Assembly: GCA_964016885.1 (NCBI GenBank)
Contig: OZ024740.1
Coordinates: forward strand, 300,452,001 to 300,516,000
Direction of reading: 5' to 3'
DNA length: 64,000 bases
Origin: Eledone cirrhosa
Lineage: Eukaryota
In this document: positions 24,833 to 41,100 of the stretch, piece by piece
Layout: the number at the start of each line of letters is the position of its first letter
Position numbering within the stretch: the first letter of the stretch is position 1
The notes under the pieces: generated by a model
The model's input: the letters and a program-made list of their open reading frames with translations, nothing else
Databases searched by the model: none
What the model was told of the DNA's origin: nothing
Translations under genes and position numbers: made by a program

Positions 24833-25424
24833 ATATGATATGACGCGTTGGGGTTTTCTGACTATAGGTAATGTCACAAGTGAATGCCTTAAAATAAAGG
24901 AACCCTGTTTCAAAGTCATCGGGATAACATATCATCTGTAAGAGATGTTGTTCTTGTCGGCACTCAGAACTAAATTTAACGATGGTTTACATTATTAAAC
25001 TGATGAAAAAAGATGATTGCAGGCTACAAAATAATATATCAATTGCGTCTTCTATAATGGAAACCCTATTACGTGATACCTGGCTTTTAAACAAGACGCT
25101 GTAATGAAAACCAAAATAATTTGAGTCAACGCACAGTTAATGAAGTTACATTTACACTAACAAATTAAAATAACCATGTGTACAATTCAATCTATTTGAT
25201 TACAAATATGTATTTATTTGATCTTCCAATATCCATAGGGAACATTCAACACATTTCATTCTCGAGTGAAAATCGAAAATATATTTCCGCTGGTGAGAAT
25301 CAAAATCGCTTTCCCCTTAAACAGGAATAATTGTTTAAATACTTTTACATATGTGATACGACGCGTGGGGATTTTCTGACTATAGGGAAGATCACATTAT
25401 AGTACCTTAAAATAAAGGAGCCCT
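24833..25424. repeat. Diverged ~75-bp direct repeat (24833-24906 / 25349-25424)
   Basis: GACGCGT(T)GGGG..TTTTCTGACTATAGG...TCACA...CCTTAAAATAAAGGA.CCCT twice. Confidence 0.7.
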
Positions 25425-25523
25425 ATACGTATAAGTATTTAGATTGTTAAGCAATCTCAATACCTAAGGCTTAACAAATTGTTCCCTCTATATACATACA
25501 TACATACATACATATATATTATT

Positions 25524-25570
<47 letters not shown>

Positions 25571-25819
25571 TTCCTTTATTAACCACAAGGGTTTACATAA
25601 AGTAGACATTAAGGACAGTACAGGACAATACAGGGTGGTACAAATGGGCATTTCTGCGTGTAAAAAAAACAAAAAACAAAGGATGTAATAATAGAACAAT
25701 GAAAACATTCCCCAATAGGAGGGAGACTTCCGAGGAACATTCGTGGAGAAAGCCCAATAAAAGCCACAGTGACCCTGACCACCAGGGCAAGTGCCCTCTC
25801 CCAGTTTTCCACCTTTAAT

Positions 25820-28800
25820 TTACAGACACATACTCAGAGTAGGCCCATTCACTCGGGCCATTCTTGCCTCTCTCACCCATCTTTCAACAAAATGCTGGGC
25901 AGAGAGCACTTCCCTTTCTACCCTGATTTTTCTTTTCAAATGAAATTTGAAAAAGTTAATCAGGGCATCACCGAAGAGGTACGTGCTCGTCTTCAGCCCT
26001 TTCAAACGTGCCCACCATACTATCACTTTCGCCATGGCCACCAGACAGATAAAAACTTCCTGCCCTTCCCGGCTAAAGGAAGAGGGCGGAGCAATCCTCA
26101 CGATGGACTCAGCTGATAGCTGGATCCGTCCCATACGCAACAGCAGGTGTTCGACATAAACCCACAAGCCAGCAATGCTCGGACACTGGACGAGTGCGTG
26201 CAGGACGGTTTCGTCGCCCTGCGCGCATCTCGGACATGGCCGGCTGACGGCACCTCCATGCCTGTAGAGTTTATCCCGAACTGGCAAAGATCCTCGGTAG
26301 CACTGCCAGGCCAGGGTTTTCTGGAAGTTGTCCATAGGCTCCGGCCCGAAATTTCTTCCGAAGAGATTGGCTAGTTGATTTTCGTCACTCCTAGAGTTTC
26401 CCCAAGTACGCCGTCGCTTTTCCCCTCCACTAATCCTCTATAGAACGCCAAGGTGGAGTTTCCACCGATCACATTGCCCGATTGGTCGAGGGCTGTGAGC
26501 GCTTGAATATATTCCAGTCTCCAAGCGCTCCCTCTCGGTCTTCGCTTGACCCAGGACTGCAGCTCCGTCAAGGAGACGAGCTGGGGAAAGACGCGTCTAG
26601 AAAACGGAGACCACACCTGATCACCGTCGAGGAAGAAGTGGAGATGTCGTAGCCTGAGCGCGTGTCTGCGCATCATCAGCCACGGCATTCCCAGCCCTCC
26701 ACGTAGCGGGTGTTTACAGCAGATGGACCGCCAGACCATCGGAGCGCGTCCCTTCCACAAAAAGCGAAAGAGCAAACGCTCCAGCGCAGCCAGGCGAGGC
26801 TTAGGGAAAGGTACGACGGTCAGGCGATAGTAGATGGCGGACGCGATATATGCGTTAGCCACCTCCGCTCGACCTTTCAGGAATAACTTCCTCTCGGCCC
26901 ATTTCTGGGTGAGAGAAGCCACCCTGCTCGTCACCTCGTCCCAGTTTTTGTCCGTCTGGAGATCCAGACCGAACCAGACCCCAAGCAATTTAACTGGTCT
27001 GTGCGTCCAGTGCCCGATGACGCTGTTGGACGGTATGGACCTTCCTCTCCAGGTGCCGAGCTGCAGGCCCACTGACTTTTCCTGGTTGATTATTGTTCCT
27101 GTCACCGCTTCGTATTCTTTTAGTGTAGTGCCGATCGCCTCGATGTGTTTGGCGTTCGACACCACTAAGGTGACATCGTCCGCATATGCTGACACGGATC
27201 TTCCGCATCCTAGTTCGAGCGGGACCCCCCCTCAACGTCTCCAGTTTGTGCAGTAATGGCTCGAGAATCAATACGTACAAGAGGGACGAGAGGGGACATC
27301 CTTGGCGGACCGAGCGCATGATGTAGAACGGTTCCGAAAGGTGACCGTTCACTCTCACCACAGAGAAGATGTCGCTTTGCATGGCTGCGATGCAGCCTCT
27401 GAAGACGGGCCCAAAGCCAGCCGCCCTCAGGACTGCCGCTAGGTAACGATGGTCGACAAGCGCCAACCTCTTTGCTAGCACCTTGGCAGAAATCTTGAAC
27501 TCTGTGTTTAGCAGAGTTATGGGCCTAAAATTATCTATGTTATCCCCCTTGTTCGGATCCTTTATCAGCAGCGTCACAGCTTCTCGGCTCACAGAGCTGG
27601 GAATTCTCCCGTTCTGTTGCCAGTTATAGTAGACGTGTGTCAAGAGGCCTCCGAACAAGTCTGGCATCTGTACGTAAAGTTCATAGGGCAGACCATCCAA
27701 ACCAGGCGATTTAACCCTTGTGCAGCCAGTCATTGCCTCCAGTACTTCAGCGGCTGTTATCGGCTTTTCGCAACACTCCGCCTCAGTGGCCGGGAGCCGC
27801 GGCAGTCCGTCGAGGTAGACACTAAAGCCCATCCCTCGATCCGACGCGCCGCTGCCCCCGAACAGCTGTGTGAAGTGTCGCTGAAAAGCTTCACACATTT
27901 TCCCGGAATCGAGTAGCATGCGCCCGTCTTGGTCCACCAAAGACCGGATCGTGGCTTTGTTGCCACGACGCGCCTCTGCCACTCGGGCCCATAGAACGGC
28001 TTTCGTCCTCTCGTGTCTGAGATCACGCACCCTAGCTCTGACAACGCAGCCTTCGTGCTTTGCATTGAAAAATTGGTCAAGGGCCAATTTCGCCGCAAAT
28101 ACGTCGGTGGCGATGCCTTTGCTAAGCGCCTCTTCTAATATTCTAACTAATTCTCCCTCTGCTCTAATTTTCTCTATTGCTAAAGCCTTACTAAACCTAA
28201 TGGACTCTATTCTAACTGCTATTTTCAGAGGAAACCACCATTTGTTGTTGACGATGGCCCCCGTGAACGCCCGCTTAACTAGTTCGGTTATCTGTCTTTG
28301 CAGGCATTGCGCGCTGGTAAGGACGCGTTTAGCTTCCAGTTACCGGGTCCTCGTCTATGAAGCCTATCTAAGCCAAGCACACAGATCACGAATTTGTGGT
28401 CCATGTAGCTGACTATCTTGAACTGTGCACAGCCTATGATAGATCTATCTATTTCCCTACAAAATACTCTATCGAGATATTATCTGGATGACCCTATGCG
28501 ATTTGTCCAAGTCCACATTGGCACATTCGGGAAATCTAATCCGTATTGGTCAGACAGTTCAAAACGCCTGAGCAGGATGGTGAGGCTATTGCACCCTCCT
28601 CCCCTATCCGCTAATCCCACACAGGCCCAGCGTGCATCTAAGATCCCGTTCCAGTCGCCCACTAACACTAAATAGCGGGACGTTCCAAGAAAGGTCTCCA
28701 GACGCCGGAAGAAATCAGGCCGCCCTGCTGCTGTCGGGGCATAGACGGCCACTAGCCTGAAAGCTTGCCCGTCTCCGCTGGTCACGTCTAGCACCACCAA

Positions 28801-29075
28801 CTTACCTTCTGTGTCCAGGAAGATGGCCCGTATGGCGAGATCCAAACCTCTCCGATAAAGCACAGCGACTCTCCCCCCCCCATCCCGGACGGCTGGGAGA
28901 TGCGTACACATCGACGCCGCCGAAGATCGGTGCGAATGCCCGTGCATCGGAGATTCTGGTCTCGCTGATTGCCACTACATCTATGTTTAGTGACCTGAGG
29001 TCGTTGAGCAGTGGCCTGCTTCCATGATGACCCCAAGCCACGCGCATTTATGCTGCCTATTCTGAGTGAGGTCAT
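25820..29075 (-). pseudogene. Tx1 ORF2, copy 2 (APE-RT-zinc finger), frameshifted, with a 159-nt in-frame deletion in RT
   Basis: ORF-track segments 28788..29075, 28480..28947, 26990..28087, 26371..27195 and 25820..26335. Confidence 0.9.
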
Positions 29076-29109
29076 GTTGAAATGGAGTGGAAAAGATGGG
29101 AAAGACCAC

Positions 29110-30959
29110 TTACCTTACTTCTCGTTAAGGAAGGATGGTTTATCCATCCTTTTCACTGCCTGTGGCCTACTCCGAAAGGATGTCCTTATAAATCCTCCTG
29201 GAGAGTGTTTGTCAGAAGTCTCCGATGTTTGGGGAATTTTTGTTTTAGTGTTGTGTACGTTTTCTGTGTGATGCGAGTGATTTGTATGTGTGGAGGTCGT
29301 GTGAACTTTTGGGTTGTTGTGTAGTCTTTTTCTGTGATGCTGGTGTTGTGTTGGATGTAGTGTAATAATTGCTTGTTGTTCAAATTTAATGTTGTGTAGT
29401 GTGTATCGTTTTGGTTGTTTTGTTTTGTTCGCGTTTGTTGTTGGTTTGTTTCTGTTAAGCTTTTTGGTGACTTTTGTGTTATTGTTGATGGTGGTGTTCG
29501 GGTTAATGATGGTGATGGTGTTGGTGTTTGTGGTGATGGGGTTGGTGATGCTGGTGTGGATGGTGGCATATCTGTCCTAACTTTTTTGTTTGAGAGTTTA
29601 TTTGTTTCCCTATGTATTTTGTTTTGGGAGGGGGAAGGAAGAGAATTTTTTTCTTTTTTGGTTTCTTTTTTACTTTTTTCCTGATAACGTTTCCCATTCC
29701 TCGTCGTCACAATCTGTCTCCAGTTGCGATAAGCCGGGGAGTAGAAAGTACTCCACAGGCGTTGGTTTTTGGTTGTGGCGTGGTGGATAGTGCTTATCTG
29801 GCACGTTTGGTGGTCGTGGTTTTGGTTTTGGTACTGTTACTGCGGTTGTTGCTGTTTCAGTTGCTTCTGTTGTTGCTGCTACAGTTGTTGCTGCCATCTT
29901 TGCTGCTGGTGGTGTTGACAGTTGAGTCACTGGGTGGGTAAGAGAGGTGGCCTCAACCTTTTAGCCTGAGGGCAGAAAGCTCTTAGGTGGGTTCCTTCAC
30001 CACAAACGACACACCTAGGCCTTCTGCCCTCGACGATTACGGTGAGGTGGCTGCCGTCAGTGATGTCTATTACCTCTTGGATCTCCTCAATGCTTTTATT
30101 GTCCGCTTGGATCAGGAGCTCCATCCCAGATCCGGACCAGTTCTCCTGCTTTTCTTTCGCTATTTCGATTATCTTGGTGTTGGCCTCGATCCCGGCGTGT
30201 ACGGCAGATATTAGCCATGGAATTTCGATGGCCGGGGGAACGTGGGTCACCCTGATCTTTACGAGTCTCTGGCCACAATAGCTTGGGACGAGTGTGAAGT
30301 CGTCACTTCTTAATGGGGCCGTGGAGTGTTCTCTTGCCTCCTGTGGTGTTTCACGTCTGATGTGGGTTTTCTTTGCCCACACATGTCCCAAAGCTTTTTG
30401 GATTTGGGACTCGGATGCCCGTTCCACTCGGCGTGATTTTATGTTAATTGTCCGATAAGACACGATGGTCCATTTTATTAGTGGGGGGGGGGGGGAGGTG
30501 AGGCTGTACCCATCTTTCTTTACCATTCTTTTGGCTTCTTCTAATTCCTCCTGAGTTACCTGGATCACTTCGCACGTTTTTGCTACTCTCGCAAAAGACG
30601 GTAGTTTTCTTAATTTCATTGTTGTTGTTGTTATCGTTATTTTTGTTATTGTTAATGTTAGTTTCAGTTGTGGTGGTGGCCTCAGTGGTGTTCGGTGTGG
30701 AAGAGTTCATTTTGGTTGAATTCATTTCGATATCAAGAGTTAATTTATTTTTTTCTTTTGTTTCTTTTGTCGCTGTGGTGGTGGTGGTGAGGGTGGCGGC
30801 TTTAACACCTGCAGTCATTGGTAATGGCGGGAAATGAATGTCTGCCTGAGACAAATTTAAAATATTGCTACTGCTTATATTTTTAGTGTTGGCAAACGTT
30901 GTAATATTTACAATGGTGGTGTCAGTATGAGGTGTTAGTTTGTGAGGAAGGTGTGACAC
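29110..30959 (-). pseudogene. Tx1 ORF1, copy 2 (zinc-knuckle protein), frameshifted
   Basis: Segments 30444..30959, 29927..30619, 29670..29930 and 29186..29710. Confidence 0.82.
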
Positions 30960-31189
30960 TGAGTCGGCGTTGATTTTTCAAAGAAACTTTTTTTTTGTTT
31001 GATAATTATAAAAAGTTTTAATTTTGGGCTCAAGGCCCCAATCTTTTTGAGTGTCCTTTTCAGAGATCAATGTACGTGCACTTATATACAGTTAACAATA
31101 AAACCTTTCCATAAATGGCAATTTTAAACAACAGAAAATAACAAACCTTTGCGGAGCTCACGATGATACGATTTACTACGTAGGTCTCC

Positions 31190-31224
<35 letters not shown>

Positions 31225-31238
31225 GTTTTTGATTTTTA

Positions 31239-31965
31239 CATATTTAAAACAATTGTGATACAATAATTCTTATTACAAATGAAATATAAGATTACAGTTT
31301 TTCTCTCAGCAAGCGACAATGCATCACATTATGGCATAGGGCCCCAATATTTAATATTTAATTTTGGATCAGAAATGTTATAGTCAAAAAAGGGGAAAAT
31401 CGCTACATGGACAGACAGGCAAATAATTTCACCACCAACACCACCACCGCCACCATCACCACTACCACGCAAAAAAAATCAAGCCAAGCCAGCTGTTACT
31501 TCAACTTCATATTTAAAACAACTGTGATAGAATAATTCTTATTACAAATGAAAATATAAGATTACAGTTTGCCTCTCAGCAAGCGACAACGCATCACATT
31601 ATGGCATAGGGCCCCAATATTTAATATTTAATTTTGGATCAGAAACGCTATAGTCAAAAAGAGGAAAATCGCTACATGGACAGACAGGCAAATAATTTCA
31701 CCACCAACACCACCACCGCCACCATCACCACTAACACGCCAAAAAATCTAGCCAAGCCAACTGTTACTTTAACTTCTATTTCTACTTCAACTTCAACACA
31801 ATCACTACAGTACTACGATCACATCACCACTACCACCACTGCCTCATTATCGCTATTCTCTCCCACTACCTCCTGCTAAGTACTACTACTACTATCACAT
31901 CACCACCACCACCACTGCCTCATTATCGCTACCGCCGCGATTCTCTCCCACTACCTCCTGCTAAG
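31239..31965. repeat. Tandem duplications: ~270-bp unit x2 (31239-31780) and ~75-bp unit x2 (31808-31965)
   Basis: CATATTTAAAACAA.TGTGATA...GCCAAGCCA.CTGTTACT twice; TCACATCACCAC...CCTCCTGCTAAG twice. Confidence 0.85.
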
Positions 31966-32249
31966 ACAGAGAGATCGTAGTGTTCCTACTAAGTGAGGAA
32001 GGTATCAAAAGATATAAATAGACTGATGTTATGACCCGGTCAAAAAATAAAAAAATAAAAAATCAAAATCAAAACAGCACACCAGCAACAAAAAACGTAA
32101 AGAAAAGAAAAAAGAAAAGAAAAACAAACAGACAGGCAGCAGACAAAAAAAAACTAAGTCAGACATTCAAACATTACAATACAATGAAACTTAAACTTAT
32201 GCTTATTTTTTTAAAGTGTTTACCTGATTGTTTGTTTGTTTATTTATAT

Positions 32250-35200
32250 TCGTCTACAGCGTCATAGTGACATGCTAAAATCACCGGGGCTGATCAAATT
32301 ACTGGGGGTGATGAAATCACCGGTGGTTATGTAATCATACATTCACCAATCCTCGATATGAGTGTTTAAATGTCGAACCTAAGCAGTTCGAATAACGGTG
32401 AAGTGGAGACTGGAATGTCATGTGACAGACTCTCACCCAGCAGGTGCTCCTTGGGCCAGCAGCAGGGACCTGGCTGTCATCCAAATACTGTTGGTGTTGG
32501 AGGAAGAAGAAGAAGAAGGAAAGGGACCAGAACCAACTGGACGAAAGAATTGAATAGAACTGTTATGCAATGTTACCTGAAGTGTAACCCCAAGGAAAAA
32601 GGCTATAGGAAACGGATGCATAGCATCTGGAACGAGATTGGTCTATTTAAATTAGATGAACACAAATTGGCCGGGCAGGCTCGCGTAATAAGAACTAATG
32701 GGTGGATAAGCGAGCTGGAACTGGAGGAACTCAACAGAGATATTAGATTGGAAATTTTGAGGGGGAGTATGCCAGGTAAACGAGCCAGTGGGAGATGATG
32801 GTGAAGAGGTTGAGAGAACAGAGGAAGCATCCGAAACAGACACTGATCTGAATGCTGAAATAAATGATACCTGGAACAAAGATACGGCAATTGAGGAAAT
32901 GAATGCTGACGGGCTATGACACGATTTGGTTGATATGCTAAACTTAATGGTAGATGAAATGAACAATGATAGTGGGAAACCTATGAACCTAAGATTTGTA
33001 GACAAGAAAAAGTTAAAAGAAACAACAGCTAAGATAAACAAAGTCATCCCATACCTTGAGGCGAAGAACCTTCACCAGTGCAACAATATCGTCAACGCAA
33101 CAGCAAATGCGTTGAGGTAATTACTTGGCATAAAAGCGAGAGGAAACAACAAACAAGAAAGATCAGAACCTTGGTAGAAGAAACGACTGAATGGTCAAAT
33201 CAAGGAAATGAGAAATGATATTGGAAAGCTTGAGTCCCTACAGAATGAGACACTACAAAACATAGATACTAAAAATTGACTGGAAATAAAGTACACAACT
33301 AGGAGGAAAAAGCCAAATATTATCATAGAGGAACTGAAGCAACGTATTGTAGCAAAGAGCGCAAAGATGAGGCGATACGAGAGCAGAGTCAGTCAGTATA
33401 GACATAACCGCATGTTTGACAACAACCAGAAGATGTTGTTTGGACAGCTTGAAGGGAAAGAAAGAGGCAACGACTTGATACCTGAAGCGGAACAAACTAA
33501 GATATGGGAGCAGCATGTTGAACATAATGATAGTGTGGATTGAGACAGTACAAAAGGAGATTAGTGAACAGGCACACCAACAAACTGATTTGAGTATCAC
33601 AGTTGAAACTCTTAAGGGGCAGGCCAGAAAACTAACCAACTGGAAATCACCAAGCCCAGGTGATGTGCAGAGGTATTGGATTAAAAATATAACATCGTTC
33701 CACCCGAAAGTGACAACCGTGTTCAATGACTGCTTGATGTCAGGTGAGGTACCAGAGTGGTTGAAAAGGTACCACAGTTCTGGTAATGAAAGACCGAATC
33801 AAGGGTAATGATGTTACCAACTATAGACCTATCACATGTTTGTCCGTAATGTGGAAACTGTTAACAAGCATTGTGTCTGTGAAAATCTACCATCACCTCA
33901 ACTTGTTACCGGACGAACAGAAAGGATGCCGAAAGAAGTCCCGTGGTACAAAGGACCAGTTATTTATCGATAAGATGGTAATGAGGATTTGCAGGAGGAG
34001 ACACGCTGGGCTTGCCATCGGATGGATAGTTTACAAAAAGGCATTCGACATGGTACCTCATTCTTGGATAACCAAAAGCCTAGATATCTTCAGGACGGAA
34101 GATAACATCAGACAGTTGTTGAGCAAAAGTATGAAATCCTGGAATACAGAGTTAACATCGGGCGGAGAATCCTTGGGAGGCCTGAAGATCAAGAGAAGTA
34201 TCTTCCAGGGAGATAGTTTGTCCACTCTGTTGTTTGTCCTTGCCCTGATCCCCCTGACCATTATACTGCGAACAGTGAGAGCAGAATACAAGTTGGGAAA
34301 GGGAGAGCTTACCATCAATCACCTCCAATTCATGGACGATCTTAGGCTCTTCGGGAATAGTTAGAAGGAGTTGGATGTGCTTGTTGACACTGTCCATATT
34401 TTCAGCAATGATATATGTATGCAATTTAGTATTAGTAAGTGTGGAGTCCTTGTGATGAAGAGGGGTAAATTGAGCAGAAGTAACGGAATCCGGGTACCAA
34501 CAGGAGAGATGATAATGGAAATTGATAGTGAAGAGGGATACAAGTATTTGGGCGTTCTGGAGGCTGATGACATCAAGAACCAAAAAATGAATGAATTGAT
34601 AAGATCTGAATACATTCGGAGAGTAAGGAGCGTATTAAAGTCACATCTGAACAGTAGGAATGCCATAAGTGCAGTAAATTCCCGACCTGTGTCTATTATT
34701 AGGTACAGTGCGGGAATCTGAGATGGAATGTTGCTGAACAAAAAGAAATGGATAGGAAGACTAGGAAGCTATTGACTATCTACAACATGTTCCACAAGAG
34801 GTGTGATGTCGATAGACTCTACTAAAGGAGATCTGAAGGTGGAAGAGGATTTATCAGCATAGAAGACTGTGTTCAGAGGAGAAAAACAACCTACACAAAT
34901 ACGTGACTGATAGAAGGGAGCCAATGCTCTGAATTGTACTGAAGTAGGGGACAATATACTAGGGGATGTCCAAGGAGGTAATAACAAGGAGAAAGAGCAA
35001 CCTTCATGAGAAATCCCTTCATAGTACCTTCTTTGAGATAACTGAATTTAGAGACCCACAGACATGGAACTGGTTGAAAAGAGGACACCTTAAAAAGTCT
35101 ACAGAATGAATGCTAATGGCTGCGCAAGAGCAGGCCCTCAAAACGAAGTGGCTGAAACACCATATGTACAAGGAGGACGCTAGCCCACTGTGTAGCATCT

Positions 35201-35830
35201 GTGGAGAGAGTGGAGACTGTGGCTCACATTGTATCCGAGTGTAAACACCTAGCCCAGACTCACTATAAAGGCTGGAGACATGACGTGATAGGCAGGGTGA
35301 TCCACTGGCACCTATACAAAGTAAACAATTTACCACATTCTGAGAAGTGGTATGAGCATAAGCCAGAGTCGGAAAACGATCATGTAAAGGTGCTGTGGGA
35401 TTTTAGGATACAGACGGACAACAAAATGGAACACAATAGATCTGACCTGGTGGTTTTGGACAAGGGAAAAAGATCGTGCCTGATTGTGGATGTAGCCTGC
35501 CCATTCGACACGAGAGTGCAAGAGAAGGAGAGGGAGAAAATTAACTGATGCCAGGACTTAATGTGAGAGGTAAAAAGGATTTGGAACTGCCATGAGGTCA
35601 AAGAGGTCCCGATTGTCATAGGCGCACTAGGTACTATCTCAAAGAGTTTTCGAGGATGGTTAAAAAGAATAGGTCCCGCCCCGATTTTTGGAACACTTCA
35701 AAAGGAATGCTTACTGGGAACAGCAAGAACCCTCCGACACGTCCTGAATATCTGAGGCTGCAGGTAATGGCTTTATATTCATTTCAACAAACATTCCAGT
35801 TAAATAACATCAATGACTGAGACTCAAAGA
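32250..35830 (+). mobile_element. Dong/R4-type RLE retrotransposon (family A), near full-length, degenerate ORF ~32370-35755
   Basis: N-terminal WTKELNRTVMQCY...GYRKRM; WKSP, NYRPITCL, EQKGC, KKAFD, IFQGDSLS, FMDD, YKYLG; CSIC...ETVAHIVSEC, RHD, RSDLVV, DVACP; ends in (TAA)n. Confidence 0.9.
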
Positions 35831-35853
35831 AAAAAATAATAATAATAATATTA

Positions 35854-38651
35854 ATGTTAACAAACTACAATGTAGGTGAACATGTTAAACAAACCAAACT
35901 TAGAAAATTGAAAAGAAAATACAGTATAAAATCAACAAGTGTCATAGACATGCTGATAGAAATAATCAAGCAAAAAGTGTCGGCCAAAGCTGCTCGTATA
36001 AGGCGCTTTGAAAAACGATCTAGATTCTATAAGGACAATAATATGTTCAAAAACAACCAAAGAAACTTCTACAGAAACATTGGCAAGTCAACAATAACTG
36101 CTAAATCAATACCACCCAAGGGGGACGTGCAAGAATTCTGGGAAAAGATCTGGGCCGAAGAAAAAGTTCATAATATACATGCCCCATGGATAGACAGACA
36201 AATGAAAGATACAGCTTACCTTGAGGAACAAACATGGGAAAATATAACAGTTGAACAGTTGCGTTTGGCTCTAAGAAAAACCAGCAAATGGAAATCCCCA
36301 GGAAAAGACAAAATACAAATTTTTTGGATAAATGCCTTCACAGAGTCTCATGAGCTGTTAGCCCAACTTTACAATGAAATAGTTAAGGAGCCAGAAAAGA
36401 TACCATCATGGCTTGTTAACGGCATTAGATTCCTTCTTCCGAAGAATGATGAGACAAACAATCCCAAACATTATAGACTGATAATTTGCTTGATCACAAT
36501 GTATAAAATTTTAACATCAGTCCTAACTGAATATACATATGACGACCTGATAACAAATGATCTATTTCCCAATGAGCAGAATGGGTGTAAACGAGGCTCA
36601 CATGGCTGTAAAGATAAGCTTTTGCTTAACAAAATGATACTGGAAGATTGTCATAATAGACACAAACATCTATCAATTGCTTGGATAGATTATAAAAAAG
36701 CATTCGATAGTTTGCCACACAGTTGGATTGAAAAATGTTTAGAGATTTTTAAAATATCTCCCGTTATCAACAGGTTCCTGTCATTCAGTATGAAGATATG
36801 GAAAACGACCATCCTTTTGAATAGTAAGAAACAATCAGTGGAAGTTGGAGAAGTTAATATTAATTGTGGAATTTTTCAGGGTGACTCTTTATCACCGCTT
36901 TTATTCTGCATCGCACTTATACCATTAAGTAAAATGCTCAATGAAACAAAACATGGATATAAAGTCTATAACAAAACCATTAATCACTTGTTCTACATGG
37001 ATGACATGAAACTATTTGCAAATAAATGATGAACAATTGCAAGGGCTATTATCCACAGTGATGACATTAAAATGGAGTTTGGACTAGATAAATGCTCCAC
37101 AGAAACGTTCACCAGAGGAAAGCTGCTGAAAAGGTGAGACATTAATATTGATCGGGGGAATGTGATAAGAGAACTTGATCAAGAGGAAACTTACAAATAT
37201 CTAGGTGTTTGTGAAGGAGACGGAATCAAGCACTCGACAATGAGGGAAAGCATAAGGAAGGAATGTTACCGCAGAGTAAGAGCAATCTTAAGAACGGAAT
37301 TGAATGCAAAGAAGAGGATCGATGCCATAAACACGCTTGCCATACCAGTAGTAACCTAAAGTTACAATGTCATCAACTAGTCAAGCACAGAGATCCGTAG
37401 GCTCGATACAAAAATTAGAAATTCCTAACCATGCACAGAATGCATCACCCTAAGGCAGATACAGATAGAATATATCTCTCTAGGAAAGAAGTAGGACGTG
37501 GGTTAATCCAGTTAGATATTGCGTTGAAAACTCCAACAATTGGATTATCTACATATCTAAGGGAATCACATGATTGGATGATCAAACTCGTTTTGAAACA
37601 CGAAAGCATCAAAAGATGATACTCCATTACAAAAGATGCACAAAGATACAGTAATGGAGTACAAATATCAAAAGTTCCATTTACTGCTGAAATAAAAGAA
37701 AAACAGAAAAAGCAAAGCAGGTAAAAGAAACTGCAAAGAAAGAATTGCTACAGAAACTGGCTAAGAAATGGCAAAAAAAGCCTCTGTATGGAAAATACCC
37801 AGAAAGAGCTAACAATCCTGATGTTGACAAAACTTTAACCCATCAGTGGTTGGCATCCTCTGGACTGAAATTGGAGACTGAAGGACTGATTATATCAGCA
37901 CAAGAACAGTGTCTGCCAACAAGAAATTACCAAGCCAACATAATAAAAAATGGATGCAACCCGTTATGCCGTGTATGTAAAAAAACAACCAGAGTCCATT
38001 GATCATATAATTTCAATGTGCAGTCCTATAGCTCCAACCGAATACCTAAACAGGCATGACAGATCTGCACAATACATACATTTGATAATGTGTAAGCATT
38101 TTGACCTACCCCATCAAAAGAATTGGTGGGAGCATCAACCACCTCCCATACTTGAAAAATATCACATCTCAATCTTGTGGAATTTTAGCACCCAAACAGA
38201 CCGAAAAATAGATGCAAATAGACCTGATATAATACTGAAGGACTTTAAAAAGAGGGTATATCTGCTAATTGATATGTCCGTTCCAATAGACAAGAATGTA
38301 TCTATAAAAACATTTGAAAAATTGAGCAAGTATAAGGACCTGGAGATAGAAATTCAAAAAATGTGGAATTTGAGAACTAAAACAATACCAGTGGTTGTAG
38401 GCGCTCTAGGAATGATTACTTATCGCAAATCCCAGGAAGCCCGCGTATAGGAGAAATACAAAAAGTAGTACTAATGGGAACTGCCCATATACTAAGGAAG
38501 ATTATGTTACATCACAAGTCTAAACACCTAAAGATGCATGTGTGTGTATGTATGTTCTTTCTTGAACATGGCATACCTTGTTGTCTCTTGAGGTCACTGG
38601 TTGTGACTTGGTGATAACTTGTATGAACATTAAGCAAGATAAATGCAACTG
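35854..38651 (+). mobile_element. Dong/R4-type RLE retrotransposon (family B), 5'-truncated, degenerate
   Basis: WKSPGKD, DYKKAFDS, GIFQGDSLSP, FYMDD; CRVC...ESIDHIISMC, RHD, NRPDII, EKLSKYKDL, PVVVGALG; ends in (TAA)n at 38652. Confidence 0.9.
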
Positions 38652-39299
38652 TAATAATAATAATAATATATATATATATTATAAATGTAAGAGAGAAACT
38701 ATACTTATAGGAGTTTAAGTAAGACAAGACACCCTCCCCCCTCCCCGAAAAGAAAGAAACAAAAAAAAAAACAATTTGTGTTCAATGAAGTAACTAAACA
38801 ATATGTAAGATATGGTAATCAATTTTGAAATAACATTTCATATCTTCAATTATATACAGCCACGTGGTGGTATGCAGTAAAGAAATAATTTCAAGATAAA
38901 ATCATAATATAATTTTGTATCTACAGAAACCATTATTGGCATATATTAACCGATTTTATAATATTCGTAATGTTTCTCCACTAAAGTCTATTCTATACAA
39001 GTACAACCTTCCTCTTAGTGCATTACAAAAAATATTAGATCAATAATGTAAATATACTTGGATTTATTATCAATCTCCCACCCTCACGAAAGAACACTAT
39101 AAAGTTGATATTTCATGACAATCTAACCATAATCACAATACACACATTAATGACACAACAATATTGAATAACTCTAGTTTAAAAAAAAATACACCCTACA
39201 TCTTATTCCTCCATTTTACTTATAAGAACTGTTTTTAGTTTGAATCAGTATATCTATGCTTAGAACCTATTTAGTTTTATTCCCAAATAATTTTAACAT

Positions 39300-41100
<1,801 letters not shown>

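Larger units (their letters stand above)
25569..31189 (-). mobile_element. Tx1-type non-LTR retrotransposon, copy 2; both ends present, disrupted, in (AAT)n
   Basis: Collinear with copy 1; single ORF1 with intact CCHC (RCVVCGEGTHLRAFC); APE, RT (YADD) and zinc finger; (AAT)n at 25527-25568 and 31190-31223. Confidence 0.92.

Noticed and set aside
32250-32490. HDV-like ribozyme at the Dong/R4 5' end
   Set aside because: Plausible for the clade, but I could not fold a convincing nested double pseudoknot by eye; needs a descriptor search.
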